Source: an uncultured Spirochaetia bacterium (GTDB taxonomy: Bacteria > Spirochaetota > Spirochaetia > JABEVK01). From it: DNA of 64,000 nt. The notes beneath the pieces are model-generated. The model was not told the origin of the DNA and did no database searches. It worked only from the letters and a program-made list of their open reading frames with translations. Of this stretch, positions 10,514 to 19,225 are shown piece after piece. Each line of letters starts with the position of its first letter. Within the stretch, counting starts at the first letter, position 1. Location of the stretch: positions 4,522 through 68,521 of the forward strand of contig CALGPJ010000009.1 of assembly GCA_937960645.1 (NCBI GenBank), read 5' to 3'. A program made the translations under genes and the position numbers.

Positions 10514-11167
10514 TTGCTGTATGCTTTGCCCCGGTCTTTGGGGCTGATTTTTACGTTCTTACTGGTGGCTCCCCTGCCCGCGCAGGAATCCCTCTTTGAA
10601 AGCCTGGTCGATCAGCTTCCACAAGGTAGCGGCCCCCACCTCCTCAGTCTATCCCAGGTCGAGCAGCTGTTGGAAATCGGCGCCCAAAAACGTTGGAATG
10701 TGTTCGATCTTCTCAACGAGGGGATCCCTTATCTCATTGCCCGGCAGAAACGGGTCCGGGTTCTGGGCGCGGACCTCAGAAGCGCCGCCAAAATCTACAA
10801 GCTGGGCGATACCCGGGTCGACGCCGTTCTGCCCCTGCCAAAAATTGTCGAGATCCAGATCGGCTACCCCTTGAACGCTCAAAGCGGGGCGGCCGATATC
10901 GTCCTCAGTGAACCCCACACCCAATTTTTGGAATTGGGCGAGTTCAGCCTGCAGACCCGGTACGGCTTCCGACAGGTGCGCGGCCGCTCCCTCGCCGATG
11001 CCTACGGGATTGCGGTCCGCAATGGCCTCTTCTCTTTCGAAATGAGCCACATCGAGAGGGTGCCCGACCCCACTGGCGGTAACAACCCCAACTTCATCGC
11101 CATTCACCTGCACCTCTTCTTCCGCCCCAAACGCTGGCACATCGATCCGATTAGAAAAATCTCCTAG
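10514..11167 (+). CDS. Hypothetical exported protein
   Basis: SD GGAGG upstream; signal-peptide-like N-terminus (LIFTFLLVAPLPA-Q); fills the gap between flanking genes. Confidence 0.65.
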   Translation: MLYALPRSLGLIFTFLLVAPLPAQESLFESLVDQLPQGSGPHLLSLSQVEQLLEIGAQKRWNVFDLLNEGIPYLIARQKRVRVLGADLRSAAKIYKLGDTRVDAVLPLPKIVEIQIGYPLNAQSGAADIVLSEPHTQFLELGEFSLQTRYGFRQVRGRSLADAYGIAVRNGLFSFEMSHIERVPDPTGGNNPNFIAIHLHLFFRPKRWHIDPIRKIS

Positions 11168-11187
11168 GGCTGTGCTATAGTTAACCC

Positions 11188-12561
11188 ATGACGAACCTGA
11201 TTCTTTGTGGAGGAGCCGGAACCCGGCTTTGGCCCATCAGCCGCAGCTCCGTCCCCAAGCAGTACTTCCAGCTTTTTGGGAAGGACAGCCTTTTTCAGCG
11301 CACCGTCCGCCGCAACAAAAAGCTCTGCCACGACTTTTTTATCGCCTCCAGCCTGGACACGGCCTTCATTGCCGAACAGCAGCTCGAAGTGGAGGGGGTG
11401 ACAACCTGTCGCTTCCTGTTGGAGCCGACGGGCCGGAACACCGCCCCGGCCCTGACCCTGGCCGCCCTGGCCTCGGACCCCGACACCATCTTCCTGGTGA
11501 CTCCCAGCGATCATGTGATCAACGACGAGGAGGCCCTGGCCCGGGCAGTTCAACGCGCCGAGGAGCTGGCCCGTCAGGATTATCTGGTCACCTTTGGCAT
11601 TCACCCCGAGTACCCGGAAACAGGGTTTGGCTACATCGAAGCAAGCGGCGAGGAGGTGTTGAGTTTTCGAGAAAAGCCCGACCGGGAAACGGCCGAGGGC
11701 TACCTTCGGGCGGGGAATTATTTCTGGAACAGCGGGATGTTCTGTTACCGCGGCCGTGTCCTCCTCGAGGAAATGGAAAAGCACGCCCCCAAGGTACTGG
11801 AGCATTCCCGTTTGGCCCTCCAGGGCCTATCAGGAAACAAAATCACCCCCAGCATGGAAAACATGGAGCGCATCCCCAGCATCAGCATCGACTACGCGGT
11901 GATGGAGAAAAGCCACCTTATCCGAGTGGTGCCTGTCAGCATGGGATGGAGCGACCTGGGCAGCTTCGACGGCATCTGGGAGCAGGGAAAGCAAGACCCC
12001 CTGGGCAACGTCTTCCTCGGCTCACGCGCACCGGAAACCTTCTCGTCCTCCAACAACCTGGTGATCAGCGCCGAGCGTGACATTGCCCTGGTGGATGTGG
12101 ACAACCTCCTGGTGGTGGACACCGCGGATGCCCTCTTGCTCTGCTCTCGAGGGAACAGCCAGAAGGTCCGAGAGGTGGTCCAGTCCTACCGGCAAAAGAA
12201 TCCCGCCCTCCTGGAAAACCATGTCACCGTTCCGCGGCCCTGGGGGCAGTTCACCGTCCTTCTGGACACAGCTAGCTTCAAGGTCAAACGGATCGACGTG
12301 ATCCCGGGACGGAGGCTGAGCCTGCAGAAACACCGCCACCGGGAAGAGCACTGGACCGTGGTGGAGGGCAAGGCCAAGGTCACCATCGGCCAAAACGTGA
12401 TCGAACTCAGCCGCGGCGGCCGAGCCTTCATCCCGCGTGGCGAGGTGCACCGATTGGAAAACATCGGGCCGGACTTGCTTTCCATTGTAGAAGTTCAGAT
12501 CGGCGATTACTTTGGGGAGGACGACATCATCCGCATCGAAGACGATTACAGCCGCCGATAG
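11188..12561 (+). CDS. manC: Mannose-1-phosphate guanylyltransferase / mannose-6-phosphate isomerase
   Basis: ILCGGAGTRLWPISR, EPTGRNTAPA, WNSGMF, SIDYAVMEKS, GWSDLGS, cupin RPWG..LSLQKHRHREEHW. Confidence 0.95.
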   Translation: MTNLILCGGAGTRLWPISRSSVPKQYFQLFGKDSLFQRTVRRNKKLCHDFFIASSLDTAFIAEQQLEVEGVTTCRFLLEPTGRNTAPALTLAALASDPDTIFLVTPSDHVINDEEALARAVQRAEELARQDYLVTFGIHPEYPETGFGYIEASGEEVLSFREKPDRETAEGYLRAGNYFWNSGMFCYRGRVLLEEMEKHAPKVLEHSRLALQGLSGNKITPSMENMERIPSISIDYAVMEKSHLIRVVPVSMGWSDLGSFDGIWEQGKQDPLGNVFLGSRAPETFSSSNNLVISAERDIALVDVDNLLVVDTADALLLCSRGNSQKVREVVQSYRQKNPALLENHVTVPRPWGQFTVLLDTASFKVKRIDVIPGRRLSLQKHRHREEHWTVVEGKAKVTIGQNVIELSRGGRAFIPRGEVHRLENIGPDLLSIVEVQIGDYFGEDDIIRIEDDYSRR

Positions 12562-12619
12562 CCAGATACGCTTGGCAAAAGAAGGATCGATAAATTATAA
12601 TTTCGAGGAGGTCTTTGAG

Positions 12620-13567
12620 ATGAAAAGTTTCTATTGTTTTGTCTGTCTGCTTCTCGTCACCGCTTGTGGGCCATCTGATCAGGGGGCGGTGTCCCATAAC
12701 GCTTCCTCTCAGGGCCAGGCATCGGAAAGAAGTTCACCCCAAATTCGTGAAGCCGTGGTCGTGCTCCATAACCTGGGCTTCGCTACTCAGGTAGATGCCA
12801 ACAACGTCATCACCAAATGGGGGACTCCGCATCGTATCCTTGAGAAGGTTGTTTTCCTCGAGGAGGAAAAAGAACTCTCCAACAATAACCGCAAGGCACT
12901 CTACGTTAAAATCCGCCGAGCCAGTGGCGATGAGGGCTGGGCTAACAAGAACTACGTCATTCCGGATGCGTTGCCCGCCGTGGTGATCAGCGAGAAAGCC
13001 ACCTTTTACCGCCAGCCAGACAACCTGAATCCGGGAACCCAATACCTCGTTCAAGGTGACCTGATCGCGATCCTGAATGACGCGGTAGCGAACAATTTCG
13101 TGAAGGTGGTTTACGCCAATCCCGTCACTTCCGCACTGATTGCTAACCAATTTTTGAAAGGGGAGACGGTTACCACGACGTCTGAGGACATTGAAGCCGC
13201 CGTGCTTCTCTTCCTCGCCCTTCGGGAGAACAACCGGAACCGTCGAAACGAACTGTTAAAAAACGCTGCCTCGACCCCCTCGAATATATTTTCTGACAAG
13301 ATTCAATCGGAGATCCAAATCTCGGAGGCCGGTTTCAATCAGGAAGTCCTGACCCAAAACAACCAGCTGGAAGTTCTGGCAATGGGCGACGTCTTGAACG
13401 CTCCCATGGATTATGGGGCCGTCGTCGGACGGGTGGAACCAGGGAAAAAGGTTATCGCCTTGCGCAAGCTCACCAAAGATTCTCAGGTTTGGTACCAAAT
13501 CCAGGATCCTTCGGGTTTCATCCTCGCGGACTTTCTATCCCCGCCCGCGGCCGCAACATCCAACTGA
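12620..13567 (+). CDS. Lipoprotein with SH3-like segments
   Basis: GAGGAG SD; lipobox LVTAC; SH3b-like motifs YVKIRRASGDEGWA and WYQIQDPSGFILADFL. Confidence 0.7.
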   Translation: MKSFYCFVCLLLVTACGPSDQGAVSHNASSQGQASERSSPQIREAVVVLHNLGFATQVDANNVITKWGTPHRILEKVVFLEEEKELSNNNRKALYVKIRRASGDEGWANKNYVIPDALPAVVISEKATFYRQPDNLNPGTQYLVQGDLIAILNDAVANNFVKVVYANPVTSALIANQFLKGETVTTTSEDIEAAVLLFLALRENNRNRRNELLKNAASTPSNIFSDKIQSEIQISEAGFNQEVLTQNNQLEVLAMGDVLNAPMDYGAVVGRVEPGKKVIALRKLTKDSQVWYQIQDPSGFILADFLSPPAAATSN

Positions 13568-13594
13568 GATCCCGTTCCTGCCAGGATGGGGCAG

Positions 13595-14764
13595 CTAGGT
13601 CTGCCCCTTTTTTTTCGATTTTAGCGGGAGGAAACGCCTTCGGAGGCTGGTCAGGGTAAGCGGCTTTTCCAGGGTACCTTCAAACAAGTTCGTATCAACC
13701 GGTTTTGGATCATCACGAGTTTTCAGCAAAAAAAGCTTGACACCCGTCTTTTTTTCTTCGTGGACCCGGCGAAGTGTTTTGGCAAGCTCGGCGGCACTCA
13801 ACCCCGGCAAGTCATCGTCAATCACGACTATAGTCCCATTCTCAGGCTGGTAATTTTCCAGGAGTTTTTCGCCACTCAGAAACAGCTGTGGCTGCAGATC
13901 GATCTTCGCCAGGAGCTTCTCGAACTGCAACCGGGTGTTGAGGTTGGGCCCAACAAAAACGATTCGCCCCGCCGAGGACTCGCTTGGGGAACTCAATTCC
14001 ACCCTATCGTTGACGATGATCAGCGCCCTGCTCGTGTTTTCGTACGGGATGACGGTCACCTGAAAGGAGGCAAGAGTCCTGTTTTCGGCTCGAGGGCCGT
14101 CGTTTTTGATCTCGACCTTGAATACCTCGGTCGCTGTCCCAGGGGACGTCAAAATGGATTGCAGCTTCTCTCTGTCTTCGTTGCGGATACGATCCAGGAG
14201 CCTGAACCCGAAGACCTGGGCCGGGGATTCCTTTTCCAGAAAGTGGGCCCCGTTTTGATTTGTTTCGATGATATGAAACTTTTCATCGCAAAGAAAGATG
14301 GGGATGGGTGCTGTGGTGAAGATGCTCATCATCAGCTGATATTGGCGCTGAAGACCTTCTTCGGCCAATTTTTCGGTGGTGATGTCCTTGAACGACCCAA
14401 AAATTAGATTCCCGGCACGCCGGGCCGCCACCCGCATGATCGCCGAGAAGCTTTTCGAAGGCTTGAGCCGACATTCCAGTTCGAAAACCCTGTTCGAATC
14501 GGGCAGACTCAGGAAAAAGCGACGGATTCTCTCGTGCTCCTCGTCCCCTAAAAACTCCCGCCACGTGTCGAAGTGCCAAAAATCGTCGGGTTTTTTGTTG
14601 AAAAATCTCTGGACACCGGGCGAAAAGCGCGTCAGCTGCGGGACCCCGTCTTCGAGGGTGACCAAAAACAACCACGAAACTCCGGACTCGGCTGCCTCAA
14701 CCAGGTCGTCCAGGTGCCATTCGGGTGGTTCGAATTCGATTAATTCCTTGACATCCTCGTCCAC
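13595..14764 (-). CDS. PAS-domain protein with C-terminal atypical receiver domain
   Basis: PAS/PAC-like segments (GSFKDITTEKLAEE; IFTTAPIPIFLCDEKFHIIETN); C-terminal VVIDDDLPGLSAAEL..LEKPLT. Confidence 0.6.
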   Translation of the reverse strand: MDEDVKELIEFEPPEWHLDDLVEAAESGVSWLFLVTLEDGVPQLTRFSPGVQRFFNKKPDDFWHFDTWREFLGDEEHERIRRFFLSLPDSNRVFELECRLKPSKSFSAIMRVAARRAGNLIFGSFKDITTEKLAEEGLQRQYQLMMSIFTTAPIPIFLCDEKFHIIETNQNGAHFLEKESPAQVFGFRLLDRIRNEDREKLQSILTSPGTATEVFKVEIKNDGPRAENRTLASFQVTVIPYENTSRALIIVNDRVELSSPSESSAGRIVFVGPNLNTRLQFEKLLAKIDLQPQLFLSGEKLLENYQPENGTIVVIDDDLPGLSAAELAKTLRRVHEEKKTGVKLFLLKTRDDPKPVDTNLFEGTLEKPLTLTSLRRRFLPLKSKKKGQT

Positions 14765-15050
14765 AACTTAGTTTTCGACAAAATTTGATCAATTGTAAAG
14801 CTAACGTAGTGCCTCAGCAATTGTCCCCCAGAATTAACGACTTTTGGGCCAAAAATTAGTAAAAATGTTCGCAAAAGCCACGATCCTCGAACACATTCCC
14901 CAAATAATGGAAACAAATATCGCCCGCAAAAACCCGGAATTTCCCAATTAGGCGAAAACCACAAGCCACATGGGCCCATTTTGTGGCTGACAGGCAAAAC
15001 TTGAGCACAATCAACGCGGCACTAAGTAAAGCTAAAGAGGAAGATTGCAA

Positions 15051-15079
15051 TTGTAGAGAACCTGACAAGGACTTATAAT
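15051..15079 (+). promoter_or_regulatory. sigma70-type promoter of the cyclase gene
   Basis: TTGTAG-17 bp-TATAAT. Confidence 0.55.
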
Positions 15080-15087
15080 CATTGCAG

Positions 15088-16866
15088 ATGATGAACAATA
15101 ATACCATAAAAGGCGATCTCGTCATTTTTGCCCTGTCCGTGTTCGCGGCCACGATGATAGCCTTCCTGATTCCGCCCATCACTCCCTGGGAATACTTTTG
15201 GAAGGACAGGATCCTGCGCCACACGCGCCTGTCATCGGCTGCTGAATCTGCACCCGAAAACCGCCTCCTCATCGTGGGCATCGACGAAACCTCCTTCGAG
15301 GAGATTCAGCGCCGCTGGCCCTGGCCCCGGGACCTTCTTGCGGAAGGTATCCGCAAAATCGTGGAAGGCCGCCCCGCTCTGATCGCCCTGGATGTAGGAC
15401 TCTGGGACAAAGGATTCTCGCCACGAGAAGACAGAGAGCTGGCCGAGGCCTTGAGTCCGGTCCCCCACGTCCTCCCGATCAAGTTCGGGGTTCAGTACCT
15501 CGAAGGAATGGAGGTCAGCCGACTTTTTCTTCCGCTGAGGGAGTTTCGCCAGGTCAACACCCGCCTGGGCTTCGTGAATCTGGCTCCAGACAGCGACGGA
15601 TTTATTCGAGATCTTCCCCTCACGGAGACCTTCAACGACGAAACCTGGCCCAGCTTTGCCCTGGCCATCGTGCGGGAGGCCTTTCCCGAAGCCCTGGAAC
15701 GCATCCCGCAAAGCAACGTCGTCCCCACGCGCTGGGTAGGACCGCCGGGAAGTATTCCCATGGTCAGTTTTTCCGATGCTCTGTACGGCAACGTTGCGGA
15801 AGGGACCTTTCAAAACAAGGTGGTGCTCATCGGAGCGATGTACCCCGAATCCAAAGACAGCTTTCCCACGGCCTTCTACAATGAAGGAGAGATGTACGGG
15901 GTCGAAGTCCACGCCCAATGGGTCGAAGCCCTGCGCCGTGGGGCCTTTCTGCAAGAGCCGCACTTTTTGGTGCTTTTATCGATGACTCTGCTGATGTTCC
16001 TACTCCTCGGTTCAGCCGTCTTCTTCCTGCCGATTCGTTTTTTCTTCCTGAGTTTAACCGTCGGTCTCGTAATCTACGGCGGCTTCCTGGAGTGGCAAAC
16101 TTACACCGGCGTTCTTTGGGCGGCCACACCCCTGTTGGTGGGTTTCGTCGTGCTGACGCAATCGGCTCTATGGTCTCGGTACCTCAGAGAAATCCGCAAT
16201 CGCCAACGCCTCATCGCCCAGTTTTCCCGCTACGTCTCACCCAAAATCGTCCGGTCGATTTTGGATACCGAACAAGATCTCAAACTGGGAGGCGATCGCA
16301 AACAGGTGGCCATCCTATTTACCGATATCCGCAACTTCACCACGCTCTCGGAGAAATGGCAACCCGAAAAGGTGGTGGAGATGCTGAACCAGTACTTCAA
16401 GGAGATGTGTGATGCCGTGTTCGAATTCGACGGCACGGTCAACAAGTTCATCGGCGATGCCGTGATGGCCCTCTTCAATGCCCCGCTCCATCAAAATGAC
16501 GCCCCGGAAAGGGCTGTTCGCACCGCCCTCTCCATGCGCCGGCGTTTGGGAGCGATGAATTCGATCCGCATCAAAAACGGCGAACAACCCATCGCCATCG
16601 GTGTCGGAATTCATTATGGGGAGGTCATCTCGGGAAACATCGGATCGCCCAACCAGATGGAGTACACGGTGATCGGAGATGCGGTCAACACCGCCAGCCG
16701 CATCGAATCGCTGTGCAAGGAATTAAAATCGGATATACTGATTAGTGACGAGGTGTATCGACACGTCCAAGATCGGCTGGAAGTGGTATCCCATCCGCCT
16801 GTCCAAGTCAAGGGCCGCTCGATTCCGGTTGTCGTGCATTCGGTAAAGGAATGGAGGGGAGGCTGA
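15088..16866 (+). CDS. CHASE2-domain class III adenylate cyclase
   Basis: N-terminal TM; CHASE2 (IVGIDE..WPWPRD, D.DGFIR, KVVLIG, YGVEVHA); 3 TMs; cyclase motifs FTDIRNFT, NKFIGDAVM, EYTVIGDAVNTASRIE (Lys/Thr adenine specifiers). Confidence 0.92.
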   Translation: MMNNNTIKGDLVIFALSVFAATMIAFLIPPITPWEYFWKDRILRHTRLSSAAESAPENRLLIVGIDETSFEEIQRRWPWPRDLLAEGIRKIVEGRPALIALDVGLWDKGFSPREDRELAEALSPVPHVLPIKFGVQYLEGMEVSRLFLPLREFRQVNTRLGFVNLAPDSDGFIRDLPLTETFNDETWPSFALAIVREAFPEALERIPQSNVVPTRWVGPPGSIPMVSFSDALYGNVAEGTFQNKVVLIGAMYPESKDSFPTAFYNEGEMYGVEVHAQWVEALRRGAFLQEPHFLVLLSMTLLMFLLLGSAVFFLPIRFFFLSLTVGLVIYGGFLEWQTYTGVLWAATPLLVGFVVLTQSALWSRYLREIRNRQRLIAQFSRYVSPKIVRSILDTEQDLKLGGDRKQVAILFTDIRNFTTLSEKWQPEKVVEMLNQYFKEMCDAVFEFDGTVNKFIGDAVMALFNAPLHQNDAPERAVRTALSMRRRLGAMNSIRIKNGEQPIAIGVGIHYGEVISGNIGSPNQMEYTVIGDAVNTASRIESLCKELKSDILISDEVYRHVQDRLEVVSHPPVQVKGRSIPVVVHSVKEWRGG

Positions 16867-16867
16867 G

Positions 16868-17500
16868 ATGAAAGTTCTGGTTTTGCTGATTCTTTGCTCT
16901 CAAATCCCTGCCCAAATGACGCTCTTGTCGCAGGAGGGGCAGGTCTATGTTCGCATCCAGGGGAGCAACGCCTTCCGGCAGGTTCAGCCGGGTGAGGTCC
17001 TGCCTGCTCAGGCAGTGGTGATGACCCGGGACGAGAGCTCTGCCGTTCTGGTTGCGCGTTCGGGCACGGTTCGCAGGCTTCGCCCCAACAGCCGGCTGAC
17101 GGTCCCCGTGGAGCCAAGCGACCAGGATTCGCCCCTGTACACCTCGGCCCTGGCCAAGAGCCAGAGCCGGGAGCGCAGCCGGCTGAGCATGACCCAGGTC
17201 GGGGCCACCCGGGCTCAGGACAACGCGGCTCCCCTGGCGGACACGCCGATGAGTGCCGCACAGCGGCAAAAACTGCAGGAAGCCGAGGTCGGTCTGGAAG
17301 CCTTGGACCTTGACCCCATCTCCCTGGCCCTGGTACGGGGAGCTCTTCGGGAGGAATATGCCCAGTGGGCTTCGGCCGAAAAAATTTACAAGGCGGCCCT
17401 GGCAACTCAGCCCGATCACGCTCTACTGCGGGATAGCCTTGCCGATCTCTACTTCAAACAGGGAAAACTGCGCCTGGCCCAGGAGTTTCGGCGACCATAA
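16868..17500 (+). CDS. Secreted FecR-like N-terminal domain plus TPR protein
   Basis: Signal peptide; EGQVYVR..VQPGEVL..VMTRDESSAVL..GTVRRLRPNSRL (FecR-like); C-terminal TPR AEKIYKAALATQPD..LADLYFKQGKL. Confidence 0.7.
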   Translation: MKVLVLLILCSQIPAQMTLLSQEGQVYVRIQGSNAFRQVQPGEVLPAQAVVMTRDESSAVLVARSGTVRRLRPNSRLTVPVEPSDQDSPLYTSALAKSQSRERSRLSMTQVGATRAQDNAAPLADTPMSAAQRQKLQEAEVGLEALDLDPISLALVRGALREEYAQWASAEKIYKAALATQPDHALLRDSLADLYFKQGKLRLAQEFRRP

Positions 17501-17560
17501 CCGGTTTTATTCTTGACTTTACTTTTAAATCAGTCTAAATAATGATCATTGGGGGTGTTG

Positions 17561-19225
17561 ATGTTTCAGGCTAGACACCTGAAGTTCTTGGTTATGGTAC
17601 CCCTTTTTCTGCTGGGACCTCGTACTGAGGGCCAGGAGGGAATGCGCATTGCCCTGGTGGTCGGGGTCAACCGCTACGACCGCCTCTCGCCCCTCAAAGC
17701 CGCCGTCAACGATGCCCAAAACATTGCCGCACACTTCCAATTATCCGGCTATGACCAGGTTTGGACCCTGACCGACAACGCCGAACAGCCCACCGCACGC
17801 GCCAGTATGGTGAACTTCCAGATCATGCTCGAGAATATCGAAAAGTTGGCCCAGACCGAGGCGATCTCCGAGCTCGTGGTGTTCTTCGCCGGCCACGGGG
17901 TTCAGGTGCAGGGCGAAAACTACCTTTGCTTTCCTGAGGCTGACCTCGCCGGCCGACGCGGTATCATCTCGGTGGACCGCGAGCTCATCCCCTGGCTGCG
18001 GCGCGTTCCGTCCCGGCTCTCCCTCACCTTCCTCGATGCCTGCCGCGAGGACCTGGGCCCGACCCGATCGGCTGGGGTTACCCGGGGTCTGGTCCTGCCG
18101 GCCAACATCGGTGGGGAATCTTCCCGCAATATTCTGGTTGCCTACTCGGCCCGACCGGGAGAATACGCCTACGAAAAACCTGACGGGTCGGGAGGCTTCT
18201 TCACCGATGTACTGCTCGAGGCCCTGCGCAAATCGGAAAAGATCAACCTGGGCCAGCTGGTACAGTACCTGCGGAGTCAGCTTCCCCAGCGCACCCAGCA
18301 GGTGTTCGGCAAACTCCAGATCCCCAGCTTCGGCGGCGATTTCGACCTGGACGCCTCGCTGACCAGCACCACCCGAATCAACCGAGCACTGCTCGCCAGC
18401 CTGCGTTTCCGATCCGAGATTCCCGTGAGCGCGGTTTACCTCAACGAGGAAAAGATCCCCATTCAGCCGGATGGGACGGTCGCCCTGAACCCGGGAGACT
18501 ACCTGCTGCGGGCGGTTTCCGGCAACAATTTCTGGGAAGCCAACATTTCGATTAAGGGTACGGGGGCCGTCACGGTCCTGCCAGATTGGAAGCCTGCTGG
18601 AACGCTCGATTTCCATCTGCCCCCGGCGGCCGCATTGGAACTTACGAACACTGGCTCAGGAACCGCCCTCCTGGTGGAGCGCGCCGGGGTGGTGCCCTAC
18701 ATCGAGGCAGGGACCTGGAAGGTCCAAACCGTGGGCAAGGCCTATCTCCCCTGGCAGGGCGAGTTGGTGATCACACCCGGCCAGACCACCCGCCTCAGCC
18801 CCCCGCTCCAGCCAGCTCCCGACCAGGAGCTCACCATTCGCCGGGCCGCCCTTGCCTGGGAACGCGATCGACTGGAGTCCCGCATCCCCGAAGCAGCCCG
18901 CCGGCGGCAGGAGTCGGCCCTCGTCCCCTGGTTGGCCGCTACCGGGGGCATCTCGCTGACCGCAGCGGGGGCCGGCCTATGGGTCTGGAGCGAGCTGGCC
19001 TACGCCGAGTACCAGGCGGCCACCAACAGTTTTGATGCTCAGAGCCGGCGGGAGCTGGTACAGGCCCTCGATATTTGGAAGTGGGTGGGACTGGGATTGG
19101 GCGCAGCCGGACTGGCAGCCTGGGCGGGGTACGAAGTTGCCCATCCCCACCCCGACCGGCTTCAAGACGCCATCCGGCGCCTGGACGAACAATTGAATGC
19201 CCTGGGTCCAAAGGAGGAACCATGA
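17561..19225 (+). CDS. Exported caspase-family (peptidase C14) protease with PEGA-like repeats and C-terminal hydrophobic hairpin
   Basis: RIALVVGVNRY, LKAAVNDA, FFAGHG (His), FLDACR (Cys), YSARPGEYA, GFFT..L, LQIP; PEGA-like beta repeats; two Gly/Ala-rich TM-like segments. Confidence 0.88.
   Translation: MFQARHLKFLVMVPLFLLGPRTEGQEGMRIALVVGVNRYDRLSPLKAAVNDAQNIAAHFQLSGYDQVWTLTDNAEQPTARASMVNFQIMLENIEKLAQTEAISELVVFFAGHGVQVQGENYLCFPEADLAGRRGIISVDRELIPWLRRVPSRLSLTFLDACREDLGPTRSAGVTRGLVLPANIGGESSRNILVAYSARPGEYAYEKPDGSGGFFTDVLLEALRKSEKINLGQLVQYLRSQLPQRTQQVFGKLQIPSFGGDFDLDASLTSTTRINRALLASLRFRSEIPVSAVYLNEEKIPIQPDGTVALNPGDYLLRAVSGNNFWEANISIKGTGAVTVLPDWKPAGTLDFHLPPAAALELTNTGSGTALLVERAGVVPYIEAGTWKVQTVGKAYLPWQGELVITPGQTTRLSPPLQPAPDQELTIRRAALAWERDRLESRIPEAARRRQESALVPWLAATGGISLTAAGAGLWVWSELAYAEYQAATNSFDAQSRRELVQALDIWKWVGLGLGAAGLAAWAGYEVAHPHPDRLQDAIRRLDEQLNALGPKEEP

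Noticed and set aside
15088..19225. Cyclase plus caspase as a CBASS/Pycsar-like anti-phage system
   Set aside because: The cyclase is a receptor-type adenylate cyclase and the caspase looks exported with no nucleotide-sensor domain (SAVED, CARF, cNMP)
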